DNA from: an uncultured Chloroflexia bacterium
GTDB lineage: Bacteria > Chloroflexota > Limnocylindria > Limnocylindrales > CSP1-4
Length of the DNA: 64,000 nucleotides
Assembly: GCA_963707215.1 (NCBI GenBank)
Contig: CAVPPB010000004.1
Coordinates: 32,001-96,000, forward strand
Reading direction: 5' to 3'
The translations under genes were made by a program, and so were the position numbers. Under the pieces are notes generated by a model. That model saw nothing but the letters and a program-made list of their open reading frames with translations. It was not told the DNA's origin and did no database searches. Shown here in pieces: positions 51,809 to 61,505 of this stretch (the first letter of the stretch is position 1; each line of letters begins with the position of its first letter).

Positions 51809-52931
51809 GTGGACGCGGCCAGCGTCCGCGACCTCCTGGGCCGGATCCGAGCGACCTCGGGGCGTCTTTGACCTCGGGGCCAAGGAGGCACGGCTCGACG
51901 AGCTCGAAGCCACGACGCAGGAGCCGGGCTTCTGGGATGACCAGCGCATCGCCCAGCGCGTCCTCCGGGAGGCCGACGGCTTCCGCACCGAGCTGAACAC
52001 CTGGCGCGAGCTGCTGCGCCGGGCGGACGATCTCGAGGCCATGGTCGGGCTCCTCGACGAGGCCGACGACCCGGACCTCGCCGCCGAGCTCGATCGCGAG
52101 GGAACCTCCCTCGTCGACGACTTCGAGCGCGAGCGGACCGCCCTGCTGTTCTCCGGCGAGTACGACAGCCGGGGAGCCATCCTGTCGATCAGTGCCGGTG
52201 CGGGTGGGACGGAGGCGACCGACTGGGCCGAGATGCTCCTCCGGATGTACCTCCGTTGGGCAGAGCGCCATCGCTTCTCGACCGAGATCCTCGACCAGAC
52301 GGAGGGCGAGGAGACGGGCCTTCGGAGCGTGACCGTGGAGATGTCCGGCCGCGGGGTCTACGGCTGGCTGCGCGCCGAGCGCGGGGTCCACCGGCTGGTC
52401 CGCATCAGCCCCTTCGACTCGCAGAAGCGTCGCCAGACCACGTTCGCCCTGGTGGAGGTCGTGCCGGAGGCAGAGGACGACGTCGAGATCGAGCTGGACT
52501 GGGACCAGATCCGGGTCGACACCTTCCGCAGCCAGGGGGCCGGCGGCCAGCATGTCAACAAGACGGACTCGGCCGTCCGTCTGACCCACCTGCCGACCGG
52601 GATCGTGGCCCAGAGCCAGAACGAGCGGTCCCAGACCCAGAACCGCGAGATGGCGACCCGGGTGCTCAAGGCACGACTCCTGGAGCGGGCGCTCGAGGAG
52701 CGCGAGGCCGAGCTGCGGGCGATCAAGGGCGAGCACGTCACGGCCGGCTGGGGCAATCAGATCCGGAGCTACGTGCTCCACCCTTACCAGATGGTCAAGG
52801 ACCTTCGGACGTCGGTCGAGACGTCGGATACGACGAGGGTCCTCGACGGGGACCTCGACCGCTTCATGCAGGCCGAGCTCGAGCGGCAGGCCACCGGCAC
52901 GCCGGTGGTGTCCGGCGCCGGGTCGGACTGA
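51809..52931 (+). CDS. prfB: Peptide chain release factor 2 with programmed +1 frameshift
   Basis: GTG 51809 reads MDAASVRDLLGRIRATSGRL, then CTT-TGA-C at 51866-51872. The +1 frame continues DLGAKEARL...GFWDD with SPF and GGQ motifs. Confidence 0.95.
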
Positions 52932-52971
52932 GCCTCCTCGACCGGACCGAGCTCGACGTGTCCGCCAGCGC

Positions 52972-54000
52972 ATGATCGACGACGACGGCCCGGGCGGTGA
53001 GCACCGGGACCGACCCCGGTCCGACAGGGCTCACGGGCATACCCCGCCCCCTCGCTACCGGCCGGCGATCGAGGGCGACCTTGCCGCCTGCGCCCATGTC
53101 TGGCGGGAGAGCCTTGCCGACTACCTCGCGCCGCTCGGTCTCGACCACGGGCTGCCGTTCGATCTCGGCCCGATCCAGCGGCTCTTCGAGCACCTCCTGC
53201 GGACGGACCCGGAGCGTTTCTGGGTCGCGACCCGGGGCGACCTCGGCGGCGTGCAGGGCTCGGTCGGCGCCCGATCATGGGCGGGCGAGCGGATCGTCGG
53301 GTTCGCCTCCGCGAACATCCGCGGTCGGACCTGGTTCCTGGCGATGTTGTTCGTGGCCCCCGGTGAACAGGGTCGGGGCATCGGCCGGGCCCTTCTCGAG
53401 ATGGTCATGGACGGGACGGATGGCCTGCTGTTGGGTACGGCCACGGATTCCGCCCAGCCGATCAGCAACGCGCTCTACGCCCGGGTCGGCATCGTGCCGC
53501 GCGTGCCGCTCCTGCATCTAGCCGGGATGATCGAGCATGACGGCGCCGTCCCCCAGCTCGACGACGGGATCACAGTGGAGCGGATCGTCCAGCTGCCGGC
53601 CGACCGCGCCCGCGACTCTCTCGCGAACATCGATCGCGAGTTGCTCGGCTACGAGCACCCGGAGGATCACGCCTACCTTCGCGAGGACGGCCGGACCGGC
53701 TTCCTGTACGTGGATCCGTCGGGGCGTCCGGTCGGCTACGGGTACGCGACCTCCGTCGGGCGGGTGGGCCCGGTCGCGGCGCTCGATGGCGCGTCGATGC
53801 CGGCGATCGTCGGGGACCTGCTCCGGCGCGTGCCCGCCAACGGGGCCCAGAGCCTGCGGGTGCCCGGCGACGCGGCCCCGGTCGTGACGATGCTGCTGCG
53901 GGCCGGCTTCCGCCTGGAGCCGTTCCCGATCCTGGTCGCCTTCTCCGAGCCGTATGCCGACCTTGCGCGCTACATCCCGATCTCGGCGGCGCTCCTCTGA
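52972..54000 (+). CDS. GNAT-family N-acetyltransferase
   Basis: LFVAPGEQGRGIGRALL acetyl-CoA motif and NALYAR.G. Confidence 0.88.
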   Translation: MIDDDGPGGEHRDRPRSDRAHGHTPPPRYRPAIEGDLAACAHVWRESLADYLAPLGLDHGLPFDLGPIQRLFEHLLRTDPERFWVATRGDLGGVQGSVGARSWAGERIVGFASANIRGRTWFLAMLFVAPGEQGRGIGRALLEMVMDGTDGLLLGTATDSAQPISNALYARVGIVPRVPLLHLAGMIEHDGAVPQLDDGITVERIVQLPADRARDSLANIDRELLGYEHPEDHAYLREDGRTGFLYVDPSGRPVGYGYATSVGRVGPVAALDGASMPAIVGDLLRRVPANGAQSLRVPGDAAPVVTMLLRAGFRLEPFPILVAFSEPYADLARYIPISAALL

Positions 54001-54211
54001 AGCCAAGGCGACGACCCGACCTCCGGCTGCGGGCACGGGAGCGGTCGCCTCGGATCGTGACCCCGGCGACCATGTGGTAGCCTCCGGGCGTCGTGGCTCG
54101 CCCGTCGTGCCCTCGGACGGGGATCGCAGCTCGACGCTGGCCCACCGGGCCGCGTCGCCGATAGCGGAGCCGTTCGTGACCCTGACCGCCGCCCGTTCGA
54201 CCTCGCGCGCG

Positions 54212-54952
54212 ATGCGCGACCGCCTGATGGGCCGTCCCTCGACGCGGGCGGACGCGGACCGATCGGTCGTGCTGCTGCACGACGTGACGAAGATCTACCC
54301 GAACGGCAAGGTGGCCCTCCGCGACGTCGACCTGGCGATCCCCGAGGGCGACTTCGTGTTCCTCGTCGGGCCGAGCGGAGCCGGCAAGTCGACGCTCATC
54401 AAGCTGCTCATCCGAGATGAGCTGGCGACCCGCGGCTCGGTCTCGCTCGACGGCCAGGACCTCGGCAGGCTCCGGCGCCGGGCCGTCCCCCGGATCCGAC
54501 GCAAGATCGGGATCGTCTTCCAGGACTTCAAGCTCCTCCCGACCAAGTCCGTCTGGGAGAACGTGGCCTTCGCGCTCGAGGTGACCGGGACACCCGGTCG
54601 CCGCATCCGCCCGGCCGTCGACCGGGTGCTGTCGCTCGTGGGGCTGACCGCCCAAGCCCGCCAACTACCGTCGCAGCTGTCCGGGGGCGAGCAGCAGCGG
54701 ACTGCCATCGCCCGTGCGCTGGTCCATGAGCCGCGCCTGGTCATCGCCGACGAGCCCACTGGAAACCTTGACCCCCTCATCAGCTGGGAGATCATCCAGC
54801 TCCTCCTGCGGATCAACGAGATGGGCGTGACGGTCCTGATGGCCACCCACGACGCGGAGGTCGTGACCGCCCTTCGGCGAAGGGTCGTGGCGCTCGAGGA
54901 CGGCCGGATCGTCCGGGACGAGGTTGGCGGGGCGTATCACCGTGAGGACTGA
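54212..54952 (+). CDS. ftsE: Cell division ATP-binding protein FtsE (start uncertain, frame open from 53954)
   Basis: GPSGAGKST, VFQDFKLL, LSGGEQQR and ADEPTGNLD, directly upstream of ftsX. Confidence 0.92.
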   Translation: MRDRLMGRPSTRADADRSVVLLHDVTKIYPNGKVALRDVDLAIPEGDFVFLVGPSGAGKSTLIKLLIRDELATRGSVSLDGQDLGRLRRRAVPRIRRKIGIVFQDFKLLPTKSVWENVAFALEVTGTPGRRIRPAVDRVLSLVGLTAQARQLPSQLSGGEQQRTAIARALVHEPRLVIADEPTGNLDPLISWEIIQLLLRINEMGVTVLMATHDAEVVTALRRRVVALEDGRIVRDEVGGAYHRED

Positions 54953-54958
54953 GCGCCC

Positions 54959-55843
54959 GTGATCCGGTTCGTCATCTTCAGCGCCAAGCGGGCCTGGCAG
55001 GGCTTCTGGCGCAACGCGCTCATGAGCCTGGCCGCGACGGCGACGATGGTCCTCATGCTGCTGCTGCTCTCCGGCTTCTGGATCGCCCAGACCGGCCTCC
55101 TGGCGGGGCTCGAGTTCGTGGAACAGAAGGTCGAGGTGGTCGCCGACCTTCGCGACGGCACGACCGCCACCGAGGCGGCCCGGATCCGGGCCAGGCTGCT
55201 GGCCCGGCCGGAGGTCGACGACGTGACCTACGTCTCGCCGGAGGAGGCGCTCGCCCGCTTCCGTGAGCGGCTGTCCGAGCAGGGCGAGGAGGACCTGACC
55301 CAGTACCTCGACGACAACCCGCTGCGGGCGAGCCTCGAGGTCAAGCTCGTCGAGGCCCGGGACTTCGGCGACGTCATCGACCTCCTCGTGGCCGAGCCGG
55401 CCGTCGAATCGGTCAAGGACATCGCCGGGCTCGTCGAGCGGGTCCTGGCGGTCACCGACACGATGCGGACCGTCGGGCTGGCGGTCCTCATCGCCATCTC
55501 GATCATCGTGCTCTTCATCATCGTCAACACGATCCGCCTCGCCGTCCTGGCGCGGGCCGAGGAGATCGAGATCATGCGCCTGGTCGGAGCGTCGGACGCC
55601 TTCATCCGCTGGCCGTTCGTGGTCGAAGGAGCGATGGTCGGCCTCCTCGGCGCGGGCATCACCCTGGCCCTGCTGGCCGTCGCCGCCGACCCGATCTCGG
55701 ACTTCATGTTCGGTTTCTTCAGGGTGTTGCCGCTCCAGCTCGGGTCGCTGGCTCGCGACCTCAGCGTCCTCGTGCTCGCGGCCGGTGTCGGGCTCGGCAT
55801 CCTTGGCTCCTGGATCTCGGTCCGGACCTATCTGATCCGCTGA
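54959..55843 (+). CDS. ftsX: Cell division permease FtsX
   Basis: Motifs NPL.AS, NTIRLAV..R..EIEIMRLVGA and FIRWPF. Confidence 0.92.
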   Translation: MIRFVIFSAKRAWQGFWRNALMSLAATATMVLMLLLLSGFWIAQTGLLAGLEFVEQKVEVVADLRDGTTATEAARIRARLLARPEVDDVTYVSPEEALARFRERLSEQGEEDLTQYLDDNPLRASLEVKLVEARDFGDVIDLLVAEPAVESVKDIAGLVERVLAVTDTMRTVGLAVLIAISIIVLFIIVNTIRLAVLARAEEIEIMRLVGASDAFIRWPFVVEGAMVGLLGAGITLALLAVAADPISDFMFGFFRVLPLQLGSLARDLSVLVLAAGVGLGILGSWISVRTYLIR

Positions 55844-56014
55844 GGTCGACCCGCCCGGCCCGGGGCCGGCGCCGGGCGCCGTCCCAAGATGCGGTGAAGA
55901 AGCGTTCACGGACGCCCCACCAAGGGGCCGTCGTTCGTAGCATCGACGGCGCTGATGTAGGCTGACGCCCCCGACCGGCTCACCGGCCCCGGGTCACGAA
56001 ACGAACAGGAAGTC

Positions 56015-57556
56015 ATGCTCCCGAACGACCTCGGCCCCGACGGGGCCAACCGACCAAGCGACCAGGGCGACAGGGCCGGCCCCGACCCTGCCCCCGTCGT
56101 CCCGGACAGCCAGACGATCCCGACCCCGGAGCCCGGGGCACCCGCCGAGTCGAGCCCCACAGCCCTGGCGAGCCCGGTCGGCCGGGCGACTCCGGGGGCC
56201 GCCATCCCGACAGGTCCCGGGGCGCCTACGCCGCCGGCCGAAGCACGGGGCTGGGCCACCCCGGGCGGCTGGAACCCACCGTCGGGGAACACGGGTGGCA
56301 ACGGGCCGATGATCGCGATCGCAGCCGTCGCCCTGGCCGTCGTGGCCGCCCTGGCCGGTGCGGGCCTGTTCCTGTCCGGGTACTCGCTGGGGCGACTCGA
56401 TGCGACGACCCCGGGCACGCCGGTGGACGAGGCAGAGCTGTTCCAGCCGTTCTGGGACGCCTACCACGACGTCACCGAGCGCTACGCCGGCGGAGAGGTC
56501 GACCGCAAGGCGCTGGTGGAGGGGGCCATCAAGGGGATGATCGAGGCGCTCGGCGACCCCTACTCGTCGTACCTGACCTCGGACGAGTACAAGGAGAGCC
56601 TCGAGGGCATCAACGGCCAGTTCGAGGGTATCGGGGCGGAGATCGCGACCCAGGGCCCCGACGGTCAGCCGGGCGACTGCTCGACGCTGGGGCCGGACTG
56701 CCGACTGGTCATCATCGCCCCGATCGCCGGCTCGCCGGCGGAGGCAGCCGGGCTCCTTGCCGGCGATGTCGTGCTGGCCGTCGACGGCACCAGCCTCGAC
56801 GGCGATTCGATCGACGATGCCCGCGACCGCATCCGCGGGCCCAAGGGGACCGAGGTCGTCCTGACCATCGAGCGGGACGGCCGGGAGCCATTCGGCCTGC
56901 CGATCACCCGGGACGTCATCCAGCAGCAGGAGGTCGAGACCCAGGACCTGGCCGCCGGCTCGGTCGGCTACATCCGGATCACCGGCTTCTCGTCGGACGC
57001 GTCGGCAGACGTGCGCGACGCGATCGAGGAGGACCTCGACGCCGGTCGGCGGTCCTTCATCCTCGACGTCCGCGGGAACCCCGGCGGCTTCGTGGATGCC
57101 GCACGGGACATCACCAGCCAGTTCATCAGCGACGGGGTGCTGTTCTGGCAGGAGGACAGCGAAGGCAGCCAGGTGGCGACCGAGGCCAAGGACGATGGCC
57201 TGGCGACCGATGAGTCGGTCGAGGTCGTCGTCCTGGTCGACCACGGCTCCGCCTCGGCGAGCGAGATCCTCGCCGGTGCCTTCCAGGACCGGGATCGTGG
57301 CCTCCTCGTCGGCCAGCAGACCTTCGGCAAGGGGACGGTCCAGCAGTGGACGACCCTCGAGGGCGACAGCGGCGCCTTCCGGCTCACGATCGCCAAGTGG
57401 TTGACCCCGGACAAGCGCTGGATCCACCAGGTCGGGCTGACGCCCGACGTGGTCGTTGAGGAGACGCCGGACCCGGCGACCGGCTCCGATCCGGTGCTGG
57501 AGCGAGCCCTCGAGGTCCTCGACGAGGGTGACACTGCCCTGGCCGAGGCCGCCTGA
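56015..57556 (+). CDS. S41-family C-terminal processing peptidase with PDZ domain
   Basis: Motifs LGDPYS, FEGIG, DVRGNPGG, SASASE and TFGKG. Confidence 0.92.
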   Translation: MLPNDLGPDGANRPSDQGDRAGPDPAPVVPDSQTIPTPEPGAPAESSPTALASPVGRATPGAAIPTGPGAPTPPAEARGWATPGGWNPPSGNTGGNGPMIAIAAVALAVVAALAGAGLFLSGYSLGRLDATTPGTPVDEAELFQPFWDAYHDVTERYAGGEVDRKALVEGAIKGMIEALGDPYSSYLTSDEYKESLEGINGQFEGIGAEIATQGPDGQPGDCSTLGPDCRLVIIAPIAGSPAEAAGLLAGDVVLAVDGTSLDGDSIDDARDRIRGPKGTEVVLTIERDGREPFGLPITRDVIQQQEVETQDLAAGSVGYIRITGFSSDASADVRDAIEEDLDAGRRSFILDVRGNPGGFVDAARDITSQFISDGVLFWQEDSEGSQVATEAKDDGLATDESVEVVVLVDHGSASASEILAGAFQDRDRGLLVGQQTFGKGTVQQWTTLEGDSGAFRLTIAKWLTPDKRWIHQVGLTPDVVVEETPDPATGSDPVLERALEVLDEGDTALAEAA

Positions 57557-57606
57557 GCGTTCAGCCGCGGGATCGTGCCCTCCTCGACGTGGCCCCGAGG
57601 TGGGCC

Positions 57607-57635
57607 TTGCAGGGCGACCCGTCATCGGGTACGGT
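57607..57635 (+). promoter_or_regulatory. Candidate promoter TTGCAG-N17-TACGGT
   Basis: 17-nt spacing, immediately upstream of the very strong SD at 57646-57658. Confidence 0.5.
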
Positions 57636-57663
57636 TCGCCCGAACGAAAGGAGGTGATGTGCA

Positions 57664-57714
57664 GTGACCGATAGTCCGAGTCGCCGCACCACCTCGCAGG
57701 AGAGCGTCGCCTGA
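57664..57714 (+). CDS. Candidate 16-aa micropeptide MTDSPSRRTTSQESVA
   Basis: GTG start preceded by GAAAGGAGGTGAT and followed by two hairpins. Confidence 0.45.
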   Translation: MTDSPSRRTTSQESVA

Positions 57715-57744
57715 CGATCTGACTGCGAGTTGGTAACGCAGTTC

Positions 57745-57774
57745 GAGCGCCGGTCCGCACGCGGGCCGGCGTTC
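57745..57774 (+). terminator. Strong hairpin closing the mini-unit upstream of smpB
   Basis: GAGCGCCGGTCCG-cacg-CGGGCCGGCGTTC, with two G-U pairs. Confidence 0.55.
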
Positions 57775-57835
57775 GTGCGCCCGGCGCCGCACCACCTCGA
57801 GCCCGCCGGCCACGACCGGTCGCACCCCATCCGAG

Positions 57836-58315
57836 ATGACCATCCAGACGGCCAGGGCCCCGCGGACGATCGCGGTCAACCGCAAGGCCCGCCACGACTA
57901 CCACATCGAAGAGACGCTCGACGCAGGTCTCGTCCTCACCGGGACGGAGATCAAGTCGATCCGCGCGGGCAAGGTGAACCTGTCCGACGCCTATGCCCGG
58001 ATCGACCGCGGGGAGGCCTGGTTGGTCGGCGCCCATATCGCCCCGTTCGAGAGCGGTAACCGAGCCAACCACGAGCCCAAGCGCGACCGCAAGCTGCTCC
58101 TCCATCGGGGGGAGATCGACTTCCTCCTGGGGCGCACGAAGTCCAAGGGCCTGACCCTGGTCCCGCTGCGCCTCTACATCAGCGGACGCGGTCATGCCAA
58201 GGTCGAGCTGGGCCTGGCCCGCGGCAAGCAGCTCCACGACAAGCGCCGGGCGATCGCCGAACGGGACGCCCAGCGCGAGGTGGCCCGCGAGATGGCCGAC
58301 GCTCGCAGGCGGTAG
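57836..58315 (+). CDS. smpB: SsrA-binding protein
   Basis: Motifs NRKARHDY, GLVLTGTEIKS, RKLLLH and RGKQLHDKR. Confidence 0.97.
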   Translation: MTIQTARAPRTIAVNRKARHDYHIEETLDAGLVLTGTEIKSIRAGKVNLSDAYARIDRGEAWLVGAHIAPFESGNRANHEPKRDRKLLLHRGEIDFLLGRTKSKGLTLVPLRLYISGRGHAKVELGLARGKQLHDKRRAIAERDAQREVAREMADARRR

Positions 58316-58323
58316 GGGGCTCG

Positions 58324-59376
58324 GTGCGCTTCGCTCGGGCGCTCCAGGTCGTCGACGCCCATGCCGCCGGCGAGCCGGGCCGGGTCGTCGTCGGCGGGAT
58401 CGTCGACGTGCCGGGGGCGACGATGGCGGACAAGATGGCCCACCTCCGCGACCACGCCGACCAGCTCCGGCGGCTGCTCCTCCGCGAGCCGCGCGGCTAC
58501 CCGGCGATGTGCGCCAACGTCGTCCTGCCGCCGACCCACCCGGATGCGGACGCCGGCTTCGTGATCATGGAGCCGGTCGAGTATCCGGCGATGTCGGGGA
58601 CGAACACGATCTGCGTCACGACGGTCCTCCTGGAGACCGGGATGCTGCCGTGTCGGGAGGGGCGCAACGAGCTGACGCTGGAAGCCCCGGCCGGCCTCAT
58701 CCGGGTCCGGGCGGAGGTCCGGGACGGCAAGGTCGTCGCCGTCACCTTCCGGAACGTGCCGGCCTTCGCCGTCCACCTCGACGCGCCCGTCGAGGTCCCG
58801 ACCCTGGGGACTGTCCCGGTCGACGTGGCCTGGGGTGGGATGTGGTACGTCATCGCCGAGGCCGAGCGCTTCGGCCTTCGCCTGACCCCGGACGAGGGTC
58901 GCGACATCGTCCGCCTGACCGAGCTCATCAAGGCTGCCGCCCGCGAGCAGCTCCCGGTGGTCCACCCGGACGAGCCGGGCTTCGCCGGCATCTCGATCGG
59001 CCAGCTGTCGGGTCCCCCGCACGCCGCCTCGTCCGACCGTCGCAACGTCGTCACCGTGTCCACCCGGGAGGCGGATCTGGCTCGACCGTCGACCTGGACC
59101 GGCGTCATCGACCGTTCGCCCTGCGGCACCGGGACCTGCGCCCGGATGGCGACCCTGCACGCCCGAGGACAGCTCGGGATCGGGCAGGGCTTCGTGCACG
59201 AGGGCGTCCTGGGAACGACGTTCACCGGCCGCCTGGTGGCCGAGACGACCGTGGGGCCATACCGGGCCGTCGTCCCCGAGATCACCGGCACCGCCTGGAT
59301 CACCGGGATGGCGACCCTCGTCGTCGACCCCACCGACCCCTACCCGGAGGGCTACACGGTCGGCGACCTCTGGTAG
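58324..59376 (+). CDS. Proline racemase-family protein with a Ser/Cys catalytic pair
   Basis: DAHAAGEP, EPRG, MSGTN (canonical MCGH) and DRSPCGTGT. Confidence 0.9.
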   Translation: MRFARALQVVDAHAAGEPGRVVVGGIVDVPGATMADKMAHLRDHADQLRRLLLREPRGYPAMCANVVLPPTHPDADAGFVIMEPVEYPAMSGTNTICVTTVLLETGMLPCREGRNELTLEAPAGLIRVRAEVRDGKVVAVTFRNVPAFAVHLDAPVEVPTLGTVPVDVAWGGMWYVIAEAERFGLRLTPDEGRDIVRLTELIKAAAREQLPVVHPDEPGFAGISIGQLSGPPHAASSDRRNVVTVSTREADLARPSTWTGVIDRSPCGTGTCARMATLHARGQLGIGQGFVHEGVLGTTFTGRLVAETTVGPYRAVVPEITGTAWITGMATLVVDPTDPYPEGYTVGDLW

Positions 59377-59390
59377 CCGGGCGGGCGGTC

Positions 59391-61505
59391 TCAGCGCAGC
59401 AGGTAGCGACGGCTCAGGGGAACCTCCCCGACCGGCTCGACGGCCACTGGCTGATCATCGAGGGTGACGGTCCCATCGCCCGGGTCGACCTCCACGGCAG
59501 CGACCGAGCGGTTCTGGACCAGGGACGCCCGCGTCAGGCCACGACAGCCCCGCACCAGCTGCCACGATCGCCGCGAGCCAAGGCGGTGCGGAAGGCCGGC
59601 GTCGATCGCCGCCTCGGTCGCGAAGGTGACGGCGTTGACCGGCGCGACGCCCGACAGGCCGCCCCAATGCGGCCCGTAGACGGTCGGCTCGCTCCGCTCG
59701 AGCGACGCGTTGCCGTCGCCGAGCGCGCCCCAGGCCTGGTGACCACCCTTCAGGACGAGGGCCGGCTTCACGCCGAAGTGGGACGGCTGCCAGAGCACGA
59801 TGTCGGCCAGGCGCCCGACCTGGAGTGACCCGACGTGGTCCGCGACGCCGTGGACCACGGCCGGCTCGATCGTGCACTTCGCCAGGTAGCGGAGCACGCG
59901 GGCCGTGTCGTCCGTGGGGTCATCGGTCTCGGGCGGCAGGCCTGGCAGGGTCGGCGGCCGGCCCGCGGGGGCACCCAGGCCTCGCCGCCAACGCTTCATG
60001 ACGTGGGCCAGCTGGAGGGTCCGGCGAAGCGTCTCGCCGATCCGGCCCATGCCCTGCGAGTCGGAGTTCACGATGGCGATGGCACCGACTTCGTGGAGCG
60101 GCCCCTCGGCTGCCATCGTCGCCGGGTGGATGCGCTCCCGAACGAGGTCGAGGTCACCGGGGACGCCCCATCCGCCGCCGTGGTTGAGCAGCGTCATCGC
60201 GACGTGCTCCATCGGAGCCGCCGGGCCGTACGGCACCGTCGGCGTGGTCGACGAGCAGAGGATCGACGGCTCGCGCACGAGCCCGATCAGGTCCGGGACG
60301 TGACCGCCCCCGGTGCCCTCGACGTGATAGGCGTGGACGGTCCGGCCGGCGATCGCGGCGACGGTGTCCTCGAGCTCGGCGGACTCGTGGAGCCCGTCAG
60401 TGTGCAGGGCGACTGCGATGTCATGGTCGTCGGCGAAGCCGAGGACCGCGTCGATCAACTCCGGGTAGGCGCCGTAGTCCTCGTGGATCTTGAGCCCGAT
60501 CGCCCCGGCGGCCAGGAGGGTCTCCAGCCCGGCCGGGTCCTCGTCGCGGGCGCCCGCCTGGAGCCCCAGGTTGACCGGCCAGTCGTCGACCGCCCGGAGG
60601 GTCCGCTCCATCGCCCACGGTGGCTCCTCGAAGCCGGCCGTGATCAGCGTTGTGACGCCGGCGGCCAGGGCGACCGGCAGGAGCCGGGGAGTGATGAGGT
60701 GGACGTGCGAATCCACGACGCCCGGGGTCGCGATGAGACCGTAGGCCATGATCGGCTCGGTATGCGGCCCGACCACGAGGTCGATGCCGTCGCTGATCGC
60801 CGGGTTGCCGGCGGCGCCGATCCCGACGATCCGGCCGTCCTTGATCCCGATGTCGGCCTTGACCGCGCCCACGACCGGATCCAGGACGACCGCTCCGGCG
60901 ATGAGGATGTCGAGCTCTGACGGCAGCGTCGTCCGATCGCCCTGGGCCATCCTCGAGCGGAGGTTCTTGCCATACCCCCAGATGGGCTCGTCGCCGACCG
61001 CCGTTCGGTCCTCGGCCACCCGGATCCACAGGTCCGTGTCGCCGAGGCGGATCCGATCGTCGCGGGTCGGGCCATATCGGGCGAGGCGCTCCTCGGCGGA
61101 CAGGCGCCGGGTGGGCCCAGGCCGGGGCGGCGCGGTCGACTCGCCCCCTTTGCCTCCGCCGGGGGTTCCGACCCGGTGCTCCGCGGTCGACCCCGCGTAC
61201 GGCACCAGATCCACCTCGCGGGTCTCGCCGGGGCCCCAGCGGATCGACGCGCCGGCCGGCAGGTCGAGACGATGGCCGGCCGCCGCGGTGCGATCGAACG
61301 ATAGTCGCGCATTGGACCGCTCGAACGGGTAGTGGCTCGAGACCCGGATCGCCCGACGGGATCCGTTGGTGACCACGAGCCGGATCCGGGGCGGTGCCAC
61401 GGCACCGATGTGGCGCTGGACCGCTCCGCCCGGGCGGATCTCACCGGGCACCAGCACGTCCGCATGGTGATCGAGCCCGTCGCTCGAGGTGAGGCGCGGG
61501 GTCAC
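59391..61505 (-). CDS. Urease-like fused beta-alpha subunit (divergent)
   Basis: GTG 61505 overlaps the gamma-subunit stop. Beta motif VSSHYPF...RLDLPAG..IRW.PGE is followed in frame by alpha motifs GPT.DD.IRLGDT, DSHVH, LKIHED, HTD, HVEG.GGGH and SDSQ.MGR. Confidence 0.85.
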   Translation of the reverse strand: MTPRLTSSDGLDHHADVLVPGEIRPGGAVQRHIGAVAPPRIRLVVTNGSRRAIRVSSHYPFERSNARLSFDRTAAAGHRLDLPAGASIRWGPGETREVDLVPYAGSTAEHRVGTPGGGKGGESTAPPRPGPTRRLSAEERLARYGPTRDDRIRLGDTDLWIRVAEDRTAVGDEPIWGYGKNLRSRMAQGDRTTLPSELDILIAGAVVLDPVVGAVKADIGIKDGRIVGIGAAGNPAISDGIDLVVGPHTEPIMAYGLIATPGVVDSHVHLITPRLLPVALAAGVTTLITAGFEEPPWAMERTLRAVDDWPVNLGLQAGARDEDPAGLETLLAAGAIGLKIHEDYGAYPELIDAVLGFADDHDIAVALHTDGLHESAELEDTVAAIAGRTVHAYHVEGTGGGHVPDLIGLVREPSILCSSTTPTVPYGPAAPMEHVAMTLLNHGGGWGVPGDLDLVRERIHPATMAAEGPLHEVGAIAIVNSDSQGMGRIGETLRRTLQLAHVMKRWRRGLGAPAGRPPTLPGLPPETDDPTDDTARVLRYLAKCTIEPAVVHGVADHVGSLQVGRLADIVLWQPSHFGVKPALVLKGGHQAWGALGDGNASLERSEPTVYGPHWGGLSGVAPVNAVTFATEAAIDAGLPHRLGSRRSWQLVRGCRGLTRASLVQNRSVAAVEVDPGDGTVTLDDQPVAVEPVGEVPLSRRYLLR

